DNA of 64,000 bases from an uncultured Bacteroidales bacterium (lineage in GTDB: Bacteria; Bacteroidota; Bacteroidia; Bacteroidales; VadinHA17), in the NCBI GenBank assembly GCA_963750735.1, contig CAVVRY010000014.1, positions 143,568 to 207,567 on the forward strand, read 5' to 3'. Every line of letters begins with the position of its first letter. Position 1 is the first letter of the stretch. This document shows, piece after piece, positions 51,706 to 61,200 of this stretch. The notes under the pieces are model-generated. The model searched no databases and had not been told where the DNA came from. It saw only the letters and a list, made by a program, of their open reading frames with translations. Position numbers and translations under genes: made by a program.

Positions 51706-52576
51706 AGCTCCGGTTCCGCCGCTTGCTGTTACTGTTACTGTTCCATCGTTTGCTCCGTTGCATGTAATATCTGTTGATGCTTCTGAGTCTATGCTTATCG
51801 CTGCTGGTTCTGCTATGACTAAGCTTGATACTTACTTCTGGTCCACATCCATTGGCATCGGTTACACTTACTGTATAGCTATTGGCTGACAGGTTCGTAA
51901 ATGTTCCGGTTCCATTGCTTATAGCTCCAGGGTTCAAGGTATAGATCAGGGCTCCGGTTCCGCCGCTTGCTGTTACCGTTACTGTTCCATCATTTGCTCC
52001 GTTGCATGTAATATCTGTCGATGCTTCTGAGTCTATGCTTATCGCTGCTGGTTCGGCTATGATCAGGTTGCTGCTTGCAACTGGTCCACATCCATTGGCA
52101 TCGGTTACACTTACTGTATAGCTATTGGCTGACAGGTTCGTAAATGATCCGGTTCCATTGCTGATTGCTCCGGGGTTCAATGTATAGATCAGGGCTCCGG
52201 TTCCACCGCTTGCTGTTACCGTTACTGTTCCATCATTTGCTCCGTTGCATGTAATATCTGTCGATGCTTCTGAGTCTATGCTTATCGCTGCTGGTTCTGC
52301 TATGATCAGCTTGCAACTTACTTCTGGTCCACATCCATTGGCATCGGTTACACTTACTGTATAGCTATTGGCTGACAGGTTGGTAAATGATCCGGTTCCA
52401 TTGCTGATCGCTCCCGGGTTCAATGTATAGATCAAGGCTCCGGTTCCGCCGCTGGCTGATACTGTTACTGTTCCATCATTTGCTCCGTTGCATGTAATAT
52501 CTGTTGATGCTTCTGAGTCTATGTTATCGCTGCTGGTTCTGCTATGATCAGGTTGCTGCTGGCAACTGGTCCACAT
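51635..52576 (-). CDS. giant adhesin frame fragment (243-bp array)
   Basis: Module sequence in its middle part. The first and last ~40-80 aa are out-of-frame readings of the same repeat (..SHSRTSSDKHRLRSINRY..). Confidence 0.75.
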   Translation of the reverse strand: MWTSCQQQPDHSRTSSDNIDSEASTDITCNGANDGTVTVSASGGTGALIYTLNPGAISNGTGSFTNLSANSYTVSVTDANGCGPEVSCKLIIAEPAAISIDSEASTDITCNGANDGTVTVTASGGTGALIYTLNPGAISNGTGSFTNLSANSYTVSVTDANGCGPVASSNLIIAEPAAISIDSEASTDITCNGANDGTVTVTASGGTGALIYTLNPGAISNGTGTFTNLSANSYTVSVTDANGCGPEVSIKLSHSRTSSDKHRLRSINRYYMQRSKRWNSNSNSKRRNRSFDLYIEPWSNQQWNRIIYEPVSQ

Positions 52577-52908
52577 CCATTGGCATCGGTTACACTTACT
52601 GTATAGCTATTGGCTGACAGGTTCGTAAAGGTTCCGGTTCCATTGCTTATAGCTCCAGGGTTCAATGTATAGATCAAAGCTCCGGTTCCACCACTTGCGG
52701 TTACCGTTACTGTTCCATCGTTTGCTCCGTTGCATGTAATATCTGTCGATGCTTCTGAGTCGATGCTTATGACTGCTGGTTCAGCTATGATCAGGTTGCT
52801 GCTGGCAACTGGTCCACATCCATTGGCATCGGTTACACTTACTGTATAGTTATTGGCTGACAGGTTCGTAAATGATCCGGTTCCATTGCTGATTGCTCCG
52901 GGGTTCAA
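52519..52908 (-). CDS. giant adhesin frame fragment (243-bp array)
   Basis: 81-aa module sequence (TDITCNGANDGTVTVTASGGTGALIYTLNPGAISNGTG.FTNLSAN.YTVSVTDANGCGP), bounded by frame breaks. Confidence 0.8.
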   Translation of the reverse strand: MNPGAISNGTGSFTNLSANNYTVSVTDANGCGPVASSNLIIAEPAVISIDSEASTDITCNGANDGTVTVTASGGTGALIYTLNPGAISNGTGTFTNLSANSYTVSVTDANGCGPVASSNLIIAEPAAIT

Positions 52909-53092
52909 TGTATAGATCAGGGCTCCGGTTCCGCCGCTTGCAGTTACCGTTACTGTTCCATCATTTGCTCCGTTGCAGGTAATATCTGTTGATGCTTCTG
53001 AGTCTATGCTTATCGCTGCTGGTTCGGCTATGACTCAGGTTGTGCTGACAACTGGTCCACATCCATTGGCATCGGTTACACTTACTGTATAG

Positions 53093-56000
53093 CTATTGGC
53101 TGACAGGTTCGTAAATGTATCCGGTTCCATTGCTGATTGCTCCAGGGTTCAATGTATAGATCAGGGCTCCGGTTCCGCCACTTGCTGTTACAGTTACTGT
53201 TCCATCATTTGCTCCGTTGCAGGTAATATCTGTTGATGCTTCTGTGTCTATGCTTATCGCTGCTGGTTCTGCTATGACTAAGCTTGAACTTACTTCTGGT
53301 CCACATCCATTGGCGTCGGTTACACTTACTGTATAAGTATTTGCTGACAGGTTTGTGAATGATCCGGTTCCATTGCTGATCGCTCCAGGGTTCAAGGTAT
53401 AGATCAGGGCTCCGGTGCCGCCGCTTGCTGTTACTGTTACTGTTCCATCATTCGCTCCGTTGCAGGTAATATCTGTTGATGCTTCTGAGTCTATCGTTAT
53501 GGCAGCCGGTTCGGCTATGACTAAGCTTGAACTTACTTCTGGTCCGCATCCATTGGCGTCGGTTACACTTACTGTATAAGTATTGGCTGACAGGTTGGTA
53601 AAGGTTCCGGTTCCATTGCTGATCGCTCCCGGGTTCAATGTATAGATCAAAGCTCCGGTTCCGCCACTGGCTGATACTGTTACTGTTCCATCATTTGCTC
53701 CGTTGCATGTAATATCTGTTGATGCTTCTGTGTCTATGCTTATCGCTGCTGGTTCTGTTACTACTAAGCTTGAACTTACTTCCGGTCCACATCCATTGGC
53801 ATCAGTTACACTTACTGTATAAGTATTGGCTGACAGGTTCGTAAATGATCCGGTTCCATTGCTTATAGCTCCGGGGTTCAATGTATAGATCAAGGCTCCT
53901 GTTCCGCCACTGGCTGATACTGTTACTGTTCCATCATTTGCTCCGTTGCATGTGATATCTGTCGATGTTTCTGAGTCTATTGTTATGGCTGCTGGTTCAG
54001 CTACAACATAATTATCACTAATAGTTGCTGAATTAGCATCTGTAACAATTACTGTATAGGTTCCTGCTGTTAATCCTGTTTGATCCTCATCTCCAACCAC
54101 TAATCCACTTCCATCTAATGTACTCCATGCATAACTGTATGGACTTATTCCTCCTCCTACTGTTATACTTATTGAGCCACTATTTGTTCCATTGCAATCA
54201 ACATCTGTTACTACACCTGTCAAGGTTAATGAACCAGGTTCTGTGACTGTATAGATACCACTTTCTGTACATCCATTTATATCGGTTACAAGTACTGTAT
54301 ATGTTCCTGCAGTTAATCCGGTTTGATCCTCATCTCCTACTACTAATCCACTTCCATCCAATGTGCTCCATGCAAAAGTATAAGGGCTCGTTCCTCCAAT
54401 TACAGTTAAAGCTATAGCTCCATCATTCCCTCCTGCTACACTAACATTTGTAATTACACCAGTAACTGAAAGAGTAGCTCCCGGTTGGGTAATCGTTACC
54501 GCTACATCAAAGATACATAGGCCTGCATCTCTTACTCTGACTGTATAATTGTTCGCTGACAGTGAACCAAATGTGCCTGAAGCCTGGTAAGTTGTTCCTC
54601 CGTCTATTGAGTATTCATATGGGGCTGTGCCATCTGAACCGGCTACCGTTACTGTTCCTGTTGCATCTCCAAAGCAGGCTACATCTGTTTGTGCTGTTAT
54701 GCTGCCTGAAAGTGCTGCTGCCGGTTGGGTAATCGTTACCGCTACATCAAAGGTACATAGGCCTGCATCTCTTACTCTGACTGTATAGTTGTTGGCTGAT
54801 AATCCTGCAAAAGTACCTGAAGCCTGGTAAGTTGTTCCTCCGTCTATTGAGTATTCATATGGTGCGGTCCCATCTGATCCGGCTACCGTTACTGTTCCTG
54901 TTGCATCGCCGAAGCAGGCTACATCTGTCTGTGCTGTTATGCTTCCGCTTAGGGCTGCCGCCGGTTGGGTGATCGTTACCGCTACATCAAAGGTACATAG
55001 GCCTGCATCTCTTACTCTGACAGTATAGTTGTTGGCTGACAGTGAACCAAATGTGCCTGAAGCCTGGTAAGTTGTTCCTCCGTCTATTGAGTATTCATAT
55101 GGGGCGGTTCCATCTGATCCGGCTACCGTTACTGTTCCTGTTGCATCGCCGAAGCAGGCTACATCTGTTTGTGCTGTTATGCTTCCTGTAAGTGCTGCTG
55201 CCGGTTGGGTAATCGTTACCGCTACATCAAAGGTACATAGGCCTGCATCTCTTACTCTGACTGTATAGTTGTTGGCTGACAGTAACTCAAATGTGCCTGA
55301 AGCCTGGTAGGTTGTGCCTCCGTCTATTGAGTATTCATATGGTGCTGTCCCATCTGATCCGGCTACCGTTACTGTTCCTGTTGCATCTCCAAAGCAGGCT
55401 ACATCTGTTTGTGCTGTTATGCTTCCTCTTAGTGCTGCTGCCGGTTGGGTAATCGTTACCGCTACATCAAAGGTACATAGGCCTGCATCTCTTACTCTAA
55501 CTGTATAGTTGTTGGCTGATAATCCTGCAAAAGTACCTGAAGCCTGGTAAGTTGTTCCTCCGTCTATTGAGTATTCATATGGGGCGGTTCCATCTGATCC
55601 GGCTACCGTTACTGTTCCTGTTGCATCTCCAAAGCAGGCTACATCTGTCTGTGCTGTTATGCTTCCTGAAAGTGCTGCTGCCGGTTGGGTAATCGTTACC
55701 GCTACATCAAAGGTACATAGGCCTGCATCTCTTACTCTAACTGTATAGTTGTTGGCTGATAATCCTGCAAATGTACCTGAAGCCTGGTAGGTTGTTCCTC
55801 CGTCTATTGAGTATTCATATGGAGCTGTGCCATCTGATCCGGCTACCGTTACTGTTCCTGTTGCATCTCCAAAGCAGGCTACATCTGTTTGTGCTGTTAT
55901 GCTTCCGCTTAGTGCTGCGGCTGGTTGGGTAATCGTTACCGCTACATCAAAGGTACATAGGCCTGCATCTCTTACTCTGACTGTATAGTTGTTCGCTGAC

Positions 56001-56385
56001 AGTGAACCAAATGTGCCTGAAGCCTGGTAAGTTGTTCCTCCGTCTATTGAGTATTCATATGGGGCGGTCCCATCTGAGCCGGCTACCGTTACTGTTCCTG
56101 TTGCATCTCCGAAGCAGGCTACATCTGTCTGTGCTGTTATGCTTCCGCTTAGGGCTGCTGCCGGTTGGGTAATCGTTACCGCTACATCAAAGGTACATAG
56201 GCCTGCATCTCTTACTCTAACTGTATAGTTGTTGGCTGATAATCCTGCAAAAGTACCTGAAGCCTGGTAAGTTGTTCCTCCGTCTATTGAGTATTCATAT
56301 GGAGCTGTGCCATCTGATCCGGCTACCGTTACTGTTCCTGTTGCATCTCCGAAGCAGGCTACATCTGTTTGTGCTGTTATGCTTC
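53093..56385 (-). CDS. giant adhesin frame fragment spanning the junction of the 240-bp and 243-bp arrays
   Basis: The ORF track lists only 53093..54361 because the first start-type codon is a TTG at 54361. My hand translation stays open upstream (..AGLCIFDVAVTITQPGATLSVTGVITNVSVAGGNDGAIALTVIGGTSPYTFAWSTLDGSG..). The repeat marker ccggttgggt recurs exactly every 240 nt from 54481 to 56161, so there is no net indel until ~56387. Confidence 0.75.
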
Positions 56386-56425
56386 CTAAAGTGCTGCTGC
56401 CGGTTGGGTGATCGTTACCGCTACA

Positions 56426-56929
56426 TCAAAGGTACATAGGCCTGCATCTCTTACTCTGACTGTATAATTGTTCGCTGATAAACGCAAATGTACCTGAAGC
56501 CTGGTAAGTTGTTCCTCCGTCTATTGAGTATTCATATGGGGCGGTCCCATCTGAACCGGCTACCGTTATTGTTCCTGTTGCATCTCCAAAGCAGGCTACA
56601 TCTGTCTGTGCTGTTATGCTTCCGCTTAGGGCTGCTGCCGGTTGGGTAATCGTTACCGCTACATCAAAGGTACAACCATTTAAATCCTGAACCGTAACAA
56701 TGTAATTATTTGCAATTAGACCACTGAATGTACCTGAAGCCTGGTAAGCTCCTCCATTTAAACTGTATTGGTATGTTGGAACACCTCCTGCTCCTGCCAC
56801 AGTAGCTGATCCTGTTGCATCGCCGAAGCAGGCTATATTCGTTTGGGCAGAAATAGAACCAGATACAGCTGAGGCTGGCTGAGTAATCGTTACATTAACA
56901 TCATAAGTACAGGAATTGGCATCACGCAC
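56426..56929 (-). CDS. giant adhesin frame fragment (240-bp module array)
   Basis: Same modules; nearly identical to residues of fragment 57088..58218. The tail is out of frame (FISEQLYSQSKRCRPMYL*). Confidence 0.8.
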   Translation of the reverse strand: MRDANSCTYDVNVTITQPASAVSGSISAQTNIACFGDATGSATVAGAGGVPTYQYSLNGGAYQASGTFSGLIANNYIVTVQDLNGCTFDVAVTITQPAAALSGSITAQTDVACFGDATGTITVAGSDGTAPYEYSIDGGTTYQASGTFAFISEQLYSQSKRCRPMYL

Positions 56930-57087
56930 AGTAACGATGTAATTATTAGCACTTAAACTACTGAAGGTGCCCGAAAGTTGGAATGATCCACCGTCCAGAC
57001 TATATTGATATGGTGCAGTTCCATCTGAGCCGGCTACCGTTACTGTTCCGGTTGCATCTCCAAAGCAGGCTACATCGGTTTGTGCTG

Positions 57088-58218
57088 TTATGCTTCCGCT
57101 AATGCTGCGGCTGGTTGGGTAATCGTTACCGCTACATCAAAGGTACATAGGCCTGCATCTCTTACTCTAACTGTATAATTATTCGCTGACAGAGAACCAA
57201 ATGTGCCTGATGCCTGGTAGGTTGTTCCTCCGTCTATTGAGTATTCATATGGGGCGGTCCCATCTGAACCGGCTACCGTAATTGTTCCTGTTGCATCTCC
57301 AAAGCAGGCTACATCTGTCTGTGCTGTTATGCTTCCGCTTAGGGCTGCTGCCGGTTGGGTAATCGTTACCGCTACATCAAAGGTACAACCATTTAAATCC
57401 TGAACCGTAACAATGTAATTATTTGCAATTAGACCACTGAATGTACCAGAAGCCTGGTAAGCTCCTCCATTTAAACTGTATTGGTATGTTGGAACACCTC
57501 CTGCTCCTGCCACAGTAACTGATCCTGTTGCATCGCCGAAGCAGGCTATATTCGTTTGGGCAGAAATAGAACCAGATACAGCTGAGGCTGGCTGAGTAAT
57601 CGTTACATTAACATCATAAGTACAGGAATTGGCATCACGCACAGTAACGATGTAATTATTAGCACTTAAACTACTGAAGGTGCCCGAAAGTTGGAATGAT
57701 CCACCGTCCAGACTATATTGATATGGTGCAGTTCCATCTGAGCCGGCTACCGTTACTGTTCCGGTTGCATCTCCGAAGCAAGCTACATCTGTCTGCGCCG
57801 TTATACTTCCTGAAAGAGCTGCGGCTGGTTGGGTGATTGTTACCGCTACATCAAAGGTACATAGGCCTGCATCTCTTACTCTGACTGTATAATTATTGAC
57901 TGATAATCCTGCAAATGTGCCTGATGCCTGGTAAGTTGTTCCTCCGTCTATTGAGTATTCATATGGAGCTGTGCCATCTGATCCGGCTACCGTTACTGTT
58001 CCTGTTGCATCGCCGAAGCAGGCTACATTGGTCTGGGAAGCAATAATGCCTGTTAGGGCTGCTACCGGTTGGGTAATCGTTACTGCTACATCAAAGGTAC
58101 ATAGGCCTGCATCTCTTACTCTGACTGTATAATTGTTCGCTGACAGGGAACCTAAATGTGCCTGAAGCCTGGTAGGTCGTACCACCATCAATTGAGTATT
58201 CATATGGAGCTGTGCCAT
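57088..58218 (-). CDS. giant adhesin frame fragment (240-bp module array)
   Basis: Continues the 80-aa ACFGDATG...YEYSIDGGTTYQASGTF modules. Overlaps the previous fragment in another frame, so it is not an independent gene. Confidence 0.8.
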   Translation of the reverse strand: MAQLHMNTQLMVVRPTRLQAHLGSLSANNYTVRVRDAGLCTFDVAVTITQPVAALTGIIASQTNVACFGDATGTVTVAGSDGTAPYEYSIDGGTTYQASGTFAGLSVNNYTVRVRDAGLCTFDVAVTITQPAAALSGSITAQTDVACFGDATGTVTVAGSDGTAPYQYSLDGGSFQLSGTFSSLSANNYIVTVRDANSCTYDVNVTITQPASAVSGSISAQTNIACFGDATGSVTVAGAGGVPTYQYSLNGGAYQASGTFSGLIANNYIVTVQDLNGCTFDVAVTITQPAAALSGSITAQTDVACFGDATGTITVAGSDGTAPYEYSIDGGTTYQASGTFGSLSANNYTVRVRDAGLCTFDVAVTITQPAAALAEA

Positions 58219-61200
58219 CTGAGCCGGCTACCGTTACTATTCCTGTTGCATCGCCGAAGCAGGCTACATTGCTCTGTGATGATATGCTTCCTGTTAGAGG
58301 GGCTGCAGGTTGTGTAATGGTAATATTCACATTGTATATACATCCATTTAAATCACGAACAATTACAAGGTAACTTTGAGCCGTTAAACCAGAGTATGTC
58401 CCAGAAGCCTGATATGGAGCTCCATCAAGACTATAAGTATATGGAGATGTTCCACCTAATCCCGATACTGAAACCGAACCGCTGGCATCTCCAAAACAAG
58501 CAACATTGGTTTGCGAATCTATGTTCCCTGACAGGGCAGTTGCAGGTTGAGTAATAGTAACTGCAACATCATATATACATGAATTATTATCTCGAATTCG
58601 TACTGTATAATTGTTGGCTGATAATCCTGTGAAGGTTCCTGATACCTGATATGTAGAACCTCCGTTAATACTGTATTGGTAAGGTGCCGTGCCACCTGAA
58701 CCAGCAATTGTAACACTCCCATCTGCACCACCAAAACAAGCTACATTGGTTTGAGCAGATATACTTCCGGTAAGGGCAGTTGCTGGCTGTGTAATGTTTA
58801 ATGCAACATCGAATGTACAAAGATTGGTATCTTGAATTCTAACAGTGTAATTATTGGCAGATAGAGAACCAAATGTACCTGATCCCTGGTAAGTAGTCCC
58901 ACCATCTATACTGTATAAGTATCCAGGAGTTCCACCTGATCCATTTATAGTTACACTTCCTGAGGCATCTCCGAAACAGCTAACATTGGTTTGTGAACCG
59001 ATACTTCCTGAAAGAGGGGAACCAGGTTGGCTTATGTTAACTGCAACATCAAAAGTACACAGATTAGCATCCCGAATGGTTACTGTATAGTTATTGGCAG
59101 ATAAAGAGTTAAATGTACCTGCGCCCTGATAAGTTGTTCCGCCATCTATGGTAAATTGATATGGAGGAGTTCCATCTGTACCGATTACAGTTACTGACCC
59201 AGTCGCATCACCGAAACAGGCTACATTCGTTTGCGCAGTAATACTTCCTGAAAGAGCTACAGCAGGTTCTGTAATGATAACAGCAACATCAAAGGTACAT
59301 AGGCCTGCATCTCTTACTCTGACTGTATAGTTGTTCGCTGATAAGCCTGCAAATGTGCCTGAGGCCTGGTAAGTCGTTCCTCCGTCTATTGAGTATTCAT
59401 ATGGGGCTGTGCCATCGGACCCGGCAACAGTTACAGAGCCATTTGCTCCTCCAAAACATGCAACATTGATCTGAGAACTTATTCCACCTGAGAGAGCAGT
59501 AGCAGGCTGAGTTATGGTCACTGCAATATCAAAAGTACACAATGCTGCATCGCGCACAGTGATTGTATAATTATTCGCTGAAAGGGTACCAAATGTTCCT
59601 GAGGCCTGGTATGTGGCACCCCCATCAATACTATATTCATATGGTGCTGTGCCATCTGAGCCGGCTACCGTCACTGTTCCTGTAGCATCACCGAAGCAGG
59701 CTACATTGGTCTGAGAACTAATACTTCCTGCAAGAGACAAAGGTTCAGTAACTACAATATCTTTTGTTCCAATACAACCATTAACATCCTGTATCAAAAC
59801 AGTATATGTTCCGGCAGTCAGTCCGGTTTGATCTTCATCAGTTGTAACCACGCCACTGCCATCAATTGTACTCCATAATATATTAAATGGTGCTGTTCCA
59901 CCCGATATAGTAATATCAATTTCGCCATTATTACCTCCATTACAAGTGACATTAGTAACACTCTCTGAAATTGATATAGCTGCTGGTTGAGTTACTGAGT
60001 AAAGCCCATTAGTAATACAGCCATTGGCATCGGTTACTGTAACACCGTATCCCCCTGCGGTAAGTCCACTAATATCTTCCGTTGTTTCACTATTTGTCCA
60101 AACAAAAGAATAAGGGGCAGTACCATCGGAAACTGTTAGATTGATCTCACCATTGCTTCCACCAAAGCAGGTTACATTGGTTATAAACTCAGAAACAGTA
60201 AATGGAGCACAAACAAAGCCAAGTCCGAATTGTGTGCTAGTAGTAATTCCACCCGTTAAATTATTTCTGTAAACGGATGGATTGCTGGCATCAACATGAG
60301 TTCCATCAAAAGTCCAATTACCAGCATTGGTTCTTTTTAAAATTCTTGTATTTATATTAACCTGCCTACTGGTAAAATCCTGAGCTAGCAGCTCAAGATT
60401 ATAGTCCGTTGTAGTCAATCCACCTGCTACAGAAAAATCCCAGTAACCGTCAGTAAATTGGTTGGTGACTGTTGTAGCAACATCCACAAGTGGTAAACCA
60501 GCCGATCCAGGATCGGCGGCTATAAATTCTGCAATCAACGCACCACCATTTAAGTTTGTAAAATTCACAATTGCAGGTCTATAAGAACTAGCAGTACCTA
60601 TTGGAAATAAATAATCAGTTCCTGTACTACCTGCCCACCTCTGGATCTGTCCGATCACAGTTCCTGCGGAATGCACCAATGTTCCTTCAGTTCCGGCCCC
60701 GGCGGCTGTACCTATCTGTAGGATGTTCCCCTGAGTAAATATGTTACCACTATTCATTGTTAAAGTCCCTGTGGATCCAATATTTACATTAGAATTTAAC
60801 AGGATACTTCCTGAAAGTTTATTAGCTGTGAGGTTATTAAAACTAAGTATCCCTGTGGTAGTTTGGTCCGCAGTTCCATCAAATGTTACAGTTCCTGACT
60901 GTTGTAAGAAAGATCCACCCAGCAACGAAAAATCACCGCCCAGGTTAATAGAATAGTTGTTGGCTGCTGAAACATCCAGGCTACCATTTAATATTGTGAG
61001 GTTACCTAAAACAGTAAGGTTGGAGACCATTGTTTTGGTGCCTGCCTGGTCAAAAGAAATATTGTAATATGTTGAAGAAAGAGGATCTTTTATATTCTGT
61101 GCGGCAGCGCCATTATATACAACTGTATTCCCGGTAGCTGTTGCATCTAATACACCATTGGATGTCATTAATGTTCCGCTTACCTCAAGGTTAGAATTGG

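Larger units (their letters stand above)
44165..54000 (-). repeat. tandem array of ~40 near-identical 243-bp (81-codon) coding repeats
   Basis: The marker tccattggc recurs at 44311, 44554, 44799, 45042, 45284 ... 53792. That span of 9481 nt equals 39.0 x 243. Confidence 0.95.
54470..59745 (-). repeat. tandem array of ~22 copies of a 240-bp (80-codon) coding repeat; near-identical 54.47-58.23 kb, more diverged 58.23-59.75 kb
   Basis: ccggttgggtaatcgttaccgctacatcaaaggtacataggcctgcatctcttactct recurs at 54481, 54721, 54961, 55201, 55441, 55681, 55921 and 56161 (exactly 240 nt apart), then at 56400, 56638, 57351 ... Confidence 0.95.

Noticed and set aside
54362-56425. Apparent ORF-free gap on the minus strand in the middle of the giant gene
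   Set aside because: This is an artefact of ORF calling from the first start codon. The frame of 53093..54361 stays open upstream in my hand translation. The module sequence has no ATG/GTG/TTG in frame, and repeat markers are spaced exactly 240 nt apart from 54481 to 56161.
43363-58230. Programmed ribosomal frameshifting or a deliberate split into many small repeat proteins
   Set aside because: The break sites share no slippery heptamer or downstream structure and are heterogeneous (+2, -1, -2, multi-nt). Fragments lack their own start contexts, since most listed starts are internal TTG/GTG/CTG-type codons that normally encode Leu or Val of the module.
44165-59745. Regular 240/243-bp periodic repeats that could superficially suggest a CRISPR or other non-coding array
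   Set aside because: There are no unique spacers. The period is a multiple of 3, and every unit translates into the same Ig-like module within one long minus-strand frame. The units are far longer than CRISPR repeats, and no cas genes are present.
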